This document shows, one piece after another, positions 12,050-22,468 of a stretch of 64,000 nucleotides of DNA; positions within the stretch are counted from its first letter, which is position 1; the number at the start of each line of letters is the position of its first letter. A program made the translations under genes and the position numbers. The DNA is from Macrostomum lignano. Lineage: Eukaryota. Under the pieces are notes generated by a model that made no database searches, was not told the origin of the DNA, and saw nothing but the letters and a program-made list of their open reading frames with translations. The stretch covers positions 62,001-126,000 of the forward strand of contig NIVC01001377.1 of assembly GCA_002269645.1 (NCBI GenBank), given 5' to 3'.

Positions 12050-12545
12050 TTGATGACCTTGGCACCTTGGCATCAGATCTGGGTGTCTTCATGACCTTGG
12101 CATCAGATCTGCGTGCCTTCATGACCTTGGCATCAGATCTGGGTGCCTTCATGACCTTGGCATCAGATCTGGGTGCCTTCATGACCTTGGCATCAGATTT
12201 GGTTGCCTTCATGACCTTGGCATCAGATCTGGGTGCCTTCATGACCTTGGCATCAGATTTGGTTGCCTTCATGACCTTGGCATCAGATTTGGTTGCCTTC
12301 ATGACCTTGGCATCAGATCTGGGTGCCTTCATGACCTTGGCATCAGATCTGGGTGCCTTCATGACCTCGGCATCAGATCTGGGTGCCTTCATGACCTTGG
12401 CATCAGATTTGGTTGCCTTCATGACCTTGGCATCAGATCTGGGTGCCTTCATGACCTCGGCATCAGATCTGGGTGCCTTCATGACCTTGGCATCAGATCT
12501 GGGTGCCTTCATGACCTCGGCACTTTGGCATCAGATCTGGGGCCT
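12050..12545. repeat. 30-bp minisatellite (ATGACCTTGGCATCAGATCTGGGTGCCTTC)
   Basis: Tandem copies. Confidence 0.95.
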
Positions 12546-13189
12546 TCAGCCAGCACTGAGTCAGTCGCCAAGCCCGATTGCGTCATCCGGCACAGCAATT
12601 TTGTTCGCCAGCTTCCGTGCATCGGCTGCCTCATCAGCGACCCGCTGCTCAGCTTCTGCAGCTCTCGGGCCTCCTTGTGCAGGCGGCAGCTGTGCGAGTT
12701 GACGGCCGCCCTGGTGGCCCGCCATGCACCGCAGATGCGGCACTGCTGAGAGGCGTTTCGGTCTGGGATGCTGCAGTTGCGTGTGCGCTGCAGCTGCCTT
12801 CACAGTGAAATCGGTAGCCGGCTGCAGCTCTGATGAGATTTTTATGATCGCCCAGTTTTTTGCACTTCGGCCATCTTCGGATAGGCTGGTCGAGCCTTGG
12901 TTGTGCGATCCCGATCGAGTCGCATGGGCAGATGCAGGATTAGCCTGCTCACAGCTTCTTGGCATCATCCTTCGCCCGCAATGGGCTGCCCAGAGGATAT
13001 TTTACTGTATGAGCTCTTGCTGGTGTCGCCATTAATTTAAAAATTCAACTAAAAGACTGATGACACTTGGAGATTGACAAGTTCAGACTAGATAACTACA
13101 TGTACGGATAAGTCACTTTTTCGGCAAAGGGCGCAAATTTATTTTCGAAACAATACAAATAGGTACCAACAAAATTTTAAACAAAAGCT

Positions 13190-13736
13190 CGAGGGAGAGT
13201 CGAGAGAGGCAGAGGCGGGAGAGGCAGAGGCGGGAGAGGGAGAGGCGGGAGAGGGAGAGGCGGGAGAGGGAGAGGCAGGAGAGGGAGAGGCGGGAGATGG
13301 AGAGGCGGGAGAGGGAGAGGCAGGAGAGGGAGAGGCGGGAGAGGCGGAGGCGGGAGAGGGAGAGGCGGGAGAGGGGGAGAGGGAGAGGCGGGAGAGGGAG
13401 AGGCGGGAGATGGAGAGGCGGGAGAGGGAGAGGCGGGAGAGGGAGAGGCGGGAGAGGGAGAGGCGGGAGAGGGAGAGGCGGCAATGGGAGAGGCGGCAAT
13501 GGGAGAGGCGGGAGATGGAGAGGCGGGAGAGGGAGAGGCGGGAGAAGGAGAGGCGGGAGAGAAAGAGGCGGGAGAGGCAGAGGCGGGAGAGGGAGAGGCG
13601 GGAGAGGGAGAGGCGGGAGAAGGAGAGGCGGGAGAGAAAGAGGCGGGAGAGGCAGAGGCGGGAGAGGGAGAGGCGGGAGAGGGAGAGGCGGGAGAGGGAG
13701 AGGCGGGAGAGGGAGAGGCGGGAGAGGGAGAGGCGG
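13190..13736. repeat. 15-bp GA-rich minisatellite (GGGAGAGGCGGGAGA)
   Basis: Tandem copies. Confidence 0.93.
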
Positions 13737-14054
13737 TCCAGCATCGGTGGGGCTGTCAGCAGCTCTGATCTCCAGCTCGGCAACCAGGCAGTCAGTTCCG
13801 TCAAGAAAGCGCACAGCCGGCTCCGTGTCAGCTGCAGCAGCCGCCACAGGGCAGGCGGAATGCACTGCTGAGGCGGCTCTCGCTGTGGCGCTCAGTGGCT
13901 GAGCACCGAAAGCTGCTCGGCTTTGAGCTCAGAGTAAAAGTTGGGTTGCAGGTGTGAGAATTGCGTTTAAATCTTGCACTTTGTTGATTGGTTCGAATTT
14001 CTGGGATTCTCAGCTTTCGATTCGAGCAGCGTTGCTATAGAAATATGGTTTCCA

Positions 14055-14276
14055 TAGTAACCGGATAGGCTTGATGATTTCCTTAGCAACCAGATAAGCT
14101 TGATGATTTCCTTAGCAACCAGATAAGCTTGATGATTTCCTTAGCCACCGGATAAGCTTGATGATTTCCTTAGCAACCGGATAAGCTTGATGATTTCCTT
14201 AGCAACCGGATAAGCTTGATGATTTCCTTAGCAACCGGATAAGCTTGATGATTTCCTTAGCAATCGGATAAGCTTA
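14055..14276. repeat. 29-bp minisatellite (GGATAAGCTTGATGATTTCCTTAGCAACC)
   Basis: Tandem copies. Confidence 0.92.
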
Positions 14277-14324
14277 ATATATATCTAAGCACCTGGACTT
14301 TCCCAGGAACACTGACACCCTATC

Positions 14325-14710
14325 TGTGGGATCAGATAGGCTGTTGGATCAGATAAGATGTGGGATCAGATAAGGTGTGGGATCAGATAGGGTGTTGGAT
14401 CAAATAGGGTGTGGAATCAGATAGGGTGTGGGATCAGATAGGGTATGGGATCAGATAGGGTGTGGGATCAGATAGGGTGTGGGATCAGATAGGGTGTGGG
14501 ATCAGATAGGGTGTGGGATCAGATAGGGTGTGGGATCAGATAGGGTATGGGATCAGATAGGGTGTGATATCAGATAGGGTGTGGGATCAGATAGGGTGTG
14601 GGATCAGATAGGGTGTGGGATCAGATAGGGTGTGGGATCAGATAGGGTGTGGGATCAGATAGGGTGTGAGATCAGATAGTTTGGGATCAGATAGCGTGTG
14701 GGATGAGATG
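14325..14710. repeat. 17-bp minisatellite (GTGGGATCAGATAGGGT)
   Basis: Tandem copies. Confidence 0.92.
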
Positions 14711-14929
14711 GCGCTAATACAGATGAGTCAGTCATGATCTAGAGATAACCATTTAAAGATGAAAGTTCAAAATTCTCAAAAGATTTGTACGAGCGTATAT
14801 TTTTGCGCATATTTCCTAGAAAGCTTTGTTTCCTTGAAAGCGGTTTAGACTAAATAAATTGAGCTGGGAGATTCATTTGGTTGATTGATTATCTATGCAG
14901 TGTTCTTTCCTCTGCGTTTCTTTGGCTGT

Positions 14930-15945
14930 GTCAGGCTGTATTTGGCTGTTTGAGGGCTGCCTTTCGCTGTGTGAGGGCTGCCTGTCGCTGTGTGAGGGCT
15001 GCATTTGGCTGTGTGAGGGCTGCCTGTCGCTGTGTGAGGGCTGCCTGTCGCTGTGTGAGGGCTGCATTTGGCTGTGTGAGGGCTGCCTTTGGCTGTTTGA
15101 GGGCTGCCTTTCGCTGTGTGAGGGCTGCCTGTCGCTGTGTGAGGGCTGCATTTGGCTGTGTGAGGGCTGCCTTTGGCTGTGTGAGGGCTGCCTTTGGCTG
15201 TGTGAGGGCTGCCTTTGGCTGTGTGAGGGCTGCCTTTGGCTGTGTGAGGGCTGCATTTGGCTGTGTGAGGGCTGCATTTGGCTGTGTGAGGGCTACATTT
15301 GGCTGTGTGAGGGCTGCCTTTGGCTGTGTGAGGGCTACATTTGGCTGTGTGAGGGCTGCCTTTGGCTGTGTGAGGGCTGCCTTTGGCTGTGTGAGGGCTG
15401 CATTTGGCTGTGTGAGGGCTGCCTTTGGCTGTGTGAGGGCTACATTTGGCTGTGTGAGGGCTGCCTTTGGCTGTTTGAGGGCTGCCTTTCGCTGTGTGAG
15501 GGCTGCCTGTCGCTGTGTGAGGGCTGCATTTGGCTGTGTGAGGGCTGCCTTTGGCTGTGTGAGGGCTGCCTGTCGCTGTGTGAGGGCTGCCTTTGGCTGT
15601 GTGAGGGCTGCATTTGGCTGTGTGAGGGCTGCATTTGGCTGTGTGAGGGCTACATTTGGCTGTGTGAGGGCTGCCTTTGGCTGTGTGAGGGCTACATTTG
15701 GCTGTGTGAGGGCTGCCTTTGGCTGTGTGAGGGCTGCCTTTGGCTGTGTGAGGGCTGCATTTGGCTGTGTGAGGGCTGCCTTTGGCTGTGTGAGGGCTGC
15801 ATTTGGCTGTGTGAGGGCTACATTTGGCTGTGTGAGGGCTGCATTTAGCTATGTGAGGGCTGCATTTGGCCGTGTGAGGGCTGCCTTTGGCTGTGTGAGG
15901 GCTACCTGTGGCTGTGTGAGGGCTACATTTGGCTGTGTGAGGGCG
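14930..15945. repeat. 21-bp minisatellite (TTTGGCTGTGTGAGGGCTGCC)
   Basis: ~48 tandem copies. Confidence 0.96.
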
Positions 15946-16548
15946 GTCCTGCAGGCCCTGCCTGACCGTCAGAGGGCGGCGCAGCTCCAAGCAACGCCGA
16001 GCCCCGGACGCTGACGGAGTCGCTCGAACCGCAGGCTGAGGCGGCTGCTGTACTGCGGATGCTGCAGAGCCGAGCGGCCACCCACAGCCGGAAGTTCAGG
16101 AGGTGCCGCTGCTGGCGCTGCAGGCAGCCACCGGCGATTCTGCGACTGCCTGCTGGCTGAGGTGGTGCCGGCTGACCTTTGATGTTCTTGTGGCCTTGCA
16201 GCCTTTTATGTACTTTTATTTTTGTCTTCAGAGATTTACCAGGTAATTCAATGTAGGATTCTCATGTTGTATTCATGAATTTTGTTGTGTTGTTAACTTA
16301 AAAATCGTGAAAGCTTTCAGCAAGCAGCACTGATAACACAAAAAGTGAGTTCGAGAACTCAGGCACTAACTCTTTCATTATTTTCAAATTTATTGGCGAA
16401 CTGGAAAAGGCGAGCAAACGTACTAGTAGTGTATTTTAACAAAGTAACTTAAATGACGAATTACAATTTGGAAAATTTGTGGAATTTTATCATTTCGTCG
16501 ATTTCTGACCAATTCGAAACAGCAATAAATAATGAAGCTTTAGTTAAT

Positions 16549-16685
16549 GCTGTCAGGCTGTCAGTCACTGAATGTTCATGAGGGAGCTGTCAGGCTGTCA
16601 GTCACTGAATGTTCATGAGGGAGCTGTCAGGCTGTCAGTCACTGAATGTTCATGAGGGAGCTGTCAGGCTGTCAGTCACTGAATG
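16549..16685. repeat. 37-bp minisatellite, short paralogous array
   Basis: Same unit as 10875-11616. Confidence 0.9.
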
Positions 16686-17565
16686 GTACATGACTACATG
16701 ATGAAATTTATTTGCAGACTGCCTGAGCTGCTTCTGAAAGCAGGTGCTTGAAAAATCAGGGAGCATGTACAAACGACATTAACAGCTATTAAAGTTGTCC
16801 AATTGCTAGTGGGACAAATAACTAAGACGGAATGGCTAACACTTTGGTGGAAGGCTATATTTAAACACGCGGTCGTAAAGCTCGGCGGAGCGAGAGAAAG
16901 TGAAAAGAAAGGTAATAAACCGAGGCGAGCCAGACTATATATTTAAAGTAATAAACTGGACCTCTTCGTGCGCCACGCGCACAAAAAGGTCTAAGTTATC
17001 GATCGTGCAAAATATTATACTTTCTAGGTACGCAAAAAACAGACACAGCTAAAACGGCCCAATTGGGGGCCACCGAACGCAAAATTACATAGAGAAAATC
17101 TGGGGATAAATCTGACAAAAGTGCATCGAAAATATTATCAGTAACATATGCAGTACAAACACAAAAGCCAGAGGAGCTTTAAAAACTACGAATTCAAACC
17201 AAGCGGCTGCATCAGTCTCTCCAGCTTCGCCCTGACCCCAGCCGACCTTTGGATTTTCCAGGTCCATACAGATAACTGCTACATGTGCATTTGAACTGCT
17301 ACATGTACATGTGCATCGGTGTTGAAGTCCGCAGAACAAAATCGCAGGGAAAAGCCCGCATCAAAGCAGACACGCAGTTTGGAGGGAAAAATTTAGCAAT
17401 TCAGCATGCAGAGGGAATTGAATTGCAGCACAAATGTGCAAAACTGCAGTTCATGGCAAAAACTTATGGATAAACTGAATTCAACGAACAGAAATAGTAC
17501 ACAGTTATTGGTTCTGAAATTCCAGTCCAGCACAACTTGAAAATCTGAGCAACGAAGTCCTCAGC

Positions 17566-19166
17566 TCACTGCAGTCTCATCCGACTGAGCTTGGCGTGAG
17601 TCCAGCTGTCTCTCTGCTCCGCTGCAGTTTCCATGGCAACCAGGCGCCCCAAGTCGGCCCCGTCTCGCCGCAGCTTCGCCCTCGCCCACAGCCTCCGCTC
17701 CTCATCTTCCCTGCTGCGGTGAGCGCCGCTGTCGCTGCCGCTGCGGTTCGAAACTCGCCACCGCTTCTGCCTGACCCAGCCGATCTTCTCCTCGTCCTGC
17801 GTCTCCATGGCGACGCGTCTCTCTTTCTCGATCATCTCCATCTGCTGCAGGCTGAGCTCCACGTGCTCGCGGCAGTCGCTGTAGTGAGCCAGAGTGAGCA
17901 GCTCCTCCAAGTCCGGGTCTTCTTCCAGCTCTCGCTTCCAATCCTCTAGTTTTATTGCAGGTGCGCGATTGCGGAGCAGCTCAGCTTGGAGACTCCAGCT
18001 CAGACAGCGGAAGTTCACGTACAGGTGGGAGGAGAGAGGCTGCGACAGTCTGGCTGTGAACAGAGTCTGCGTGAACTCGGGAAGGAATGGGAAGCGAGGC
18101 GGAGAGTCGCAGGGGAGGCAGAACCTCCACGACCAGTCTAAATCTTCTGGCAGTTTGGTTGCACTGTATTCAGACCCGTGAATATCCTGTGGCTTCAACC
18201 CTGACTGAACCTGATGTCTCTGCAGCTCCATCGCGAGTCTCTCAGCCTCCTCAGATTCTCCGAACTTCAAATGCGCCATGGCAGTCATGCACAGGGCGGC
18301 GCACTTGCACCACTGCAGCTCATGCAGGAGACTGAGCTGCCTCATCAGGGTGTCTCTGTCGCTCGATTCTGACTGCAGCTTGCTTACACACTGGTGCACC
18401 ACACTGTACACGTCTGCGAAATTGGAGTACATTTCTTTTTGATACTTCTTTCCTTCCCTGATCTCCGTAACAGCAGTCGGCGCTGTCAGAGGCAGCAGAG
18501 TGAACGGGTGAAAGTAGAACTTCTTTGACTGCAGAGGTCTCACGAGTTTCCTCAGCTGCTCGACCACTCCGCCGATGTCGCTTCTCAGCTCACAAAGTCG
18601 GTCTCGAACCCTCGCCTTTGTGTTGTCGAAGTCGCCGCCGATTCCAGCGTTCTTGAAGTAGAGCGGAGCGTCGGGCATGAAGAAGTGCGGCATGCACTCA
18701 TCGGGCTTATTGATGAATCTTCTAGAATTGATGAATCTCAGCATCATGTCGAGAGACTCCTTGAGCAGAGCGATCAGATTGTCGGCCTGCCAAGCCTCAG
18801 TTTTAGGATGTGTCCCATGCTTTTCCAGCATAAAGAATAGCAGAGTCTTTGCATGGTAGGTCTTGAGTCCAGGTGTGTCCAGAGTGAGCGGCAAGTGTCT
18901 CTTGAAGATGAACTTGATGAGTGTGAACAGCTGGCCCTGGACTGTGCTCAGCCGTCTCATGATGTCTTTCTCTTGGAAGCTGAAGCTCACTCTGAACTCG
19001 TTGGTCGATCTCGGTCTGGTCGCCCGAACGAGATGAACCTTATCATTGGATCTAAGCAGTTTTCTAATCCTGTCCTCACAGAAACTGCTGCAGCACTTGA
19101 TCGCATGGCACGTGTCCTGTGCAGGCCGCACACCGCACGACGTGGCGGTCTCAGCAGGTTGGCTGC
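17566..19166 (-). CDS. Last exon of ANK + cGAS-like (Mab-21/cGLR) nucleotidyltransferase gene
   Basis: Motifs QDTCHAIKC, EFRVSFSFQEKDIMRRL, KTYHAKTLLFFMLE and CMPHFFMPDAPLY resemble the Mab-21/cGAS core. Acceptor ctctgcAG at 19168-19167 joins the phase-1 donor at 36277 in frame (...VAVGAG|SQPAETATSCGVRPAQD...). Confidence 0.85.
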
Positions 19167-19268
19167 CTGCAGAGCGCAGTGAGCGGAGAGTCGCTTTGTG
19201 GCGAGTGGAAAAGATGGGTTGGTTTGAAACTGCTTGCAGGCGGCACAGCTATGGAGTTGATGGAGGGG

Positions 19269-19688
19269 AGTAGAAGGCATGAGGGGGCTTCTGGGACAAA
19301 ATTTTTCACCTCCTCCATAATCCCATTAAATCCATCCATATTATCCCTGACAGAATCAGAAAAAAAGGGGGGTCGCACCTGCTCACAAAACCTCCTCCAT
19401 AATCCCATTAAATCCATCCATATTATCCCTGACAGAATCATGAAAAAGGGGAGGGGCCGCACTTGCTCCGAAAACTTCGAACATAATCCCATTAAATCCA
19501 ACCATATTATCCCTGACAGAATCAGAGCAGGTGTCCACTGATACCTGTTATGCTCACTGTGGACACTTGTTATGCTCACTGACACAGACATAATCCACCA
19601 ACATCCACCCATAGCATCTTCGAAACAATCAGAAAATAATCTGCATTCTTCTCCCCACATTCAATCCGAAGCGTTGAAACCAGATCCC
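19269..19688 (+). repeat. Left terminal inverted repeat (420 bp) with three internal ~45-50-bp direct repeats
   Basis: Reverse complement of 35563-35982. The ORF-track translations across both TIRs are identical up to the element end. The internal motif CATAATCCCATTAAATCCA..CATATTATCCCTGACAGAATCA occurs three times. Confidence 0.95.
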
Positions 19689-19754
19689 TAAAACTTTAAA
19701 TCCCCAAACCCAGGGTCCTTACCCTTTGAAAAAAAAATTAAATTCTCAATAAAA

Positions 19755-19994
19755 ATGTTTCCAGTTGTCTCTCCAGGTTCTTATTATACTCAGCCTCATC
19801 CATTGTACAAATCCAAGTACCAATGCAGACTAGAATGCAGCAAATACATGAGAAAATATTGGCCCGACGTTAATATCAATGTCCCTAATATTAATCTAGC
19901 TCTCCAAAGACACTGGTTTCATAAGTATGGAGTAACCTACGTAAAAGATTACGACAGCTACTATAACTTTGCAGAAATCATTAAGCAATTGTAA
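19755..19994 (+). CDS. Small 79-aa ORF in subterminal inverted region
   Basis: ATG-initiated; paralog on the opposite strand at 35262-35498. Confidence 0.6.
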   Translation: MFPVVSPGSYYTQPHPLYKSKYQCRLECSKYMRKYWPDVNINVPNINLALQRHWFHKYGVTYVKDYDSYYNFAEIIKQL

Positions 19995-20351
19995 TTTTTC
20001 CTACATTCTCTCAATGATCAACGTCAATACGAACTCTTCACCGTTGAAATCAACACCCACTACTATAAGGAGTACTATATAGGAGTACTATATGCTAGGA
20101 CTACTATTAGTAGATAATGAGTTTTTGTTTGCGACAAATATCCGACAAACTGTCGGATTTTTTTTTGCTCAACAAAAACTGTCGGAAAACTGCCGGAAAA
20201 CTGTCGGAAAACTGTCGGAAAACCACCTCAAATACTGGGAAATGCACTGTCGATGTACGCAGTCTCTATTTGGTGTGTGCAATGCAAATCCCCCTCCCGG
20301 TTCTCTCTTCTCCCAAACACCCGCTAATCCAGCTGAATTTTCTTACTTGAA

Positions 20352-20801
20352 TCATTCTGCTCTCTCAACCCCCAGCTCTTTCAACAGTCTTCCTAATTCT
20401 TTACTTGGTGCGTGCAACGCAAAGCCCACCCCTTCTCCCAAACCAACCCCCAACCCCAACTTTGCCTTACTAAAAATAACAGCTTTAACTAGCTTCCGAG
20501 CGATCGATTCCTTCCACCCGCTTGAAGCCCCTATATTGTCTAGTCTCCTAAGCATTTCTTTGTCCCAACGATTCTTCTCCTCAGGAAAATCTCTATATTT
20601 AACGTCATGCCACATGCACACAGAGTCTAGCTCGTTCACAGGCTCATGCCCAGGATGTGGATTATTGTTTTTATCTAACTGTATTTCAAGTGGATTCAAA
20701 GGCCCGCAATATTTATAGCCGGGAAGTGTCCAGCCTTTGTTTGGATGAGGAAGCTTTTCTATCAGTCCATGTGAATCTATTTTACCACCAGAGCGCTGCA
20801 T
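20352..20801 (-). CDS. Parvovirus-type phospholipase A2 domain protein (adintovirus PLA2X-like)
   Basis: LPGYKYCGP (Ca-binding loop) ... NELDSVCMWHDVKY (HD catalytic dyad). Likely ATG at 20801 (MQRSGG...), ~149 aa. Confidence 0.88.
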   Translation of the reverse strand: MQRSGGKIDSHGLIEKLPHPNKGWTLPGYKYCGPLNPLEIQLDKNNNPHPGHEPVNELDSVCMWHDVKYRDFPEEKNRWDKEMLRRLDNIGASSGWKESIARKLVKAVIFSKAKLGLGVGLGEGVGFALHAPSKELGRLLKELGVERAE

Positions 20802-20831
20802 TATTTTATTTAAAATTTTCTTTTTAAAAAA

Positions 20832-21873
20832 ATGACAGATCAGAAACTTAAAAAACTCTACTACAGCGACAAAGGATTCTTTGTAGGCAAAAATGCCGTT
20901 AGTAAACTCATGGAGCTGAGTAAGGAGCCAAAAGCTACAGTAGAAAAATGGCTCTCTAAGCAGGCTGTCTTTCAAGTCTATTTCCCACCAGTAAAATTTG
21001 AAAGGCCCCATTTCAGTATTTATAAACCTAATGAAGCGCACCAAGCAGATCTTTTGTTTCTCCCCAACGACTCAGGCTACAAGTATGCTCTTACAATTAT
21101 TGACATTGCTTCCAGATATAAGGAAGCTAGCTCGCCCACTCAAGACGAAGAAGTCAGAGGTTGTTGCCAGCGCACTGCAAGATTTTTATAAAAACTCTCC
21201 GCTCACATACCCCCAAATCTTTATGACCGACCCGGGTAAGGAATTCATGGGTGTAGTGAAATCCCTTATGGAAAAGAAAAACACAGAGATTCGCTATGGC
21301 AGAACAAACTTGCACAGAGACCAGGCTTTTGTGGAAAGATTCAATCTAACTCTAGCCAAGAGACTATTCACTAAGCAGACAGCGCAAGAACTCAAACTGA
21401 GTGCGGGGCAGTACTATACCAAGTGGACAGAAAGACTCCCCACTGTTATAGAGCAACTGAACAATGAAGTCACACGCATGACTGGATTGAAACCATCCCA
21501 TGCAATTAAACAAGACACTGTCGAACTTAAGTCATCTCATAGAACAGACAACAACACGACAACCCCACACAACACGCACAACACAAAACACACCTCGAAC
21601 TACCCTAAGCTTCCAGGAGTTGAATCACCATACATACTGACAAACTCTGAGTTTCTACGCTTTTTATATCTACCTGGAGAGCTAGAGAAGGACACCAAAA
21701 GAAGAGCTACAGATCCATACTTCAGCCTTGATGTGCATAAAATAGACAGACATTTTACCTCCGACTCCGGTGACTATTACTTTTTATCTCAAGCCTTTAA
21801 CCCTAAATCCCCCACGCGGTCATTCACTAGAGCTGAACTCCTAGTGATACCAGCTGACACAGAAATTAATTAA
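20832..21873 (+). CDS. Retroviral-type (rve/DDE) integrase of Polinton, one frameshift at ~21125
   Basis: HQADL...YALTIIDIASRY, then after the frameshift FMTDPGKEF...VERFN (D, D, E). The lesion looks like an AGCT duplication. Confidence 0.92.
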
Positions 21874-21889
21874 AATATTAAAATAAAAA

Positions 21890-22344
21890 ATGACAAAGAT
21901 TGAAACCAGAACCATCAATAAACTCAATAAAATCATTGAATCAAAGAAACCAGGTCTTATATCAATTAAAGGTATCAAAGTAAAAATCGATCCCACACAC
22001 AAATAGTTCAATGTAATGAGCAAAGACACAGCATCACAGATGAAAAGTCAGGAGGAATCCTACCATTAGCAGCTCTTATTCCGATCATTGCAGGCGCTGT
22101 AAGTGCCGCAGGTGGTGTAGCTGGAGGTGTAGCAACTGCTGTTAAAGCTGGTAATGATAGAGCCCACCAGCTAGAATTGCAAAAGATTGCAAGAGACAAA
22201 GGTATAACAATTAAGGCAGGAGAGGGCTGCCCTGATTTTGATGATTGTGATGATTGTGAGCATGAAAATTCTGTAAGCAAGTCTGACATTGTCAAAGCCA
22301 TCATGACACTGCACAATGCTGGGTTTACAATAATGCGGATGTGA
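21890..22344 (+). CDS. Small virion protein with adenovirus pX-like hydrophobic segment, one frameshift at ~22003
   Basis: Joined frames read MTKIETRTINKLNK...KSGG|ILPLAALIPIIAGAVSAAGGVAGGVATAVKA. This resembles the adenoviral pX C-terminal GG|ILPLLIPLIAAAIGA after an adenain-type cleavage site. Confidence 0.55.
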
Positions 22345-22468
22345 TGAGGTTTAAAACCCCACTTTATCCAGCTTCATAAACCTAGCGCTACTTATAGGAT
22401 GTAGAAACAGTTCAACTTTTCTATCAGGGTGGTCACCCTCAAAGTTTTTTTTTTATTTTAGAGAAAAA

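Noticed and set aside
19249-19250. Alternative splice acceptor (catAG) for the last cGLR exon
   Set aside because: It is phase 0 relative to the ORF and incompatible with the phase-1 donor at 36277; the acceptor at 19168-19167 fits.
19151-19660. 169-aa ORF and its twin at 35591-36079
   Set aside because: They lie in the TIRs and run out into unrelated host flanks; their identity reflects the TIR, not a gene.
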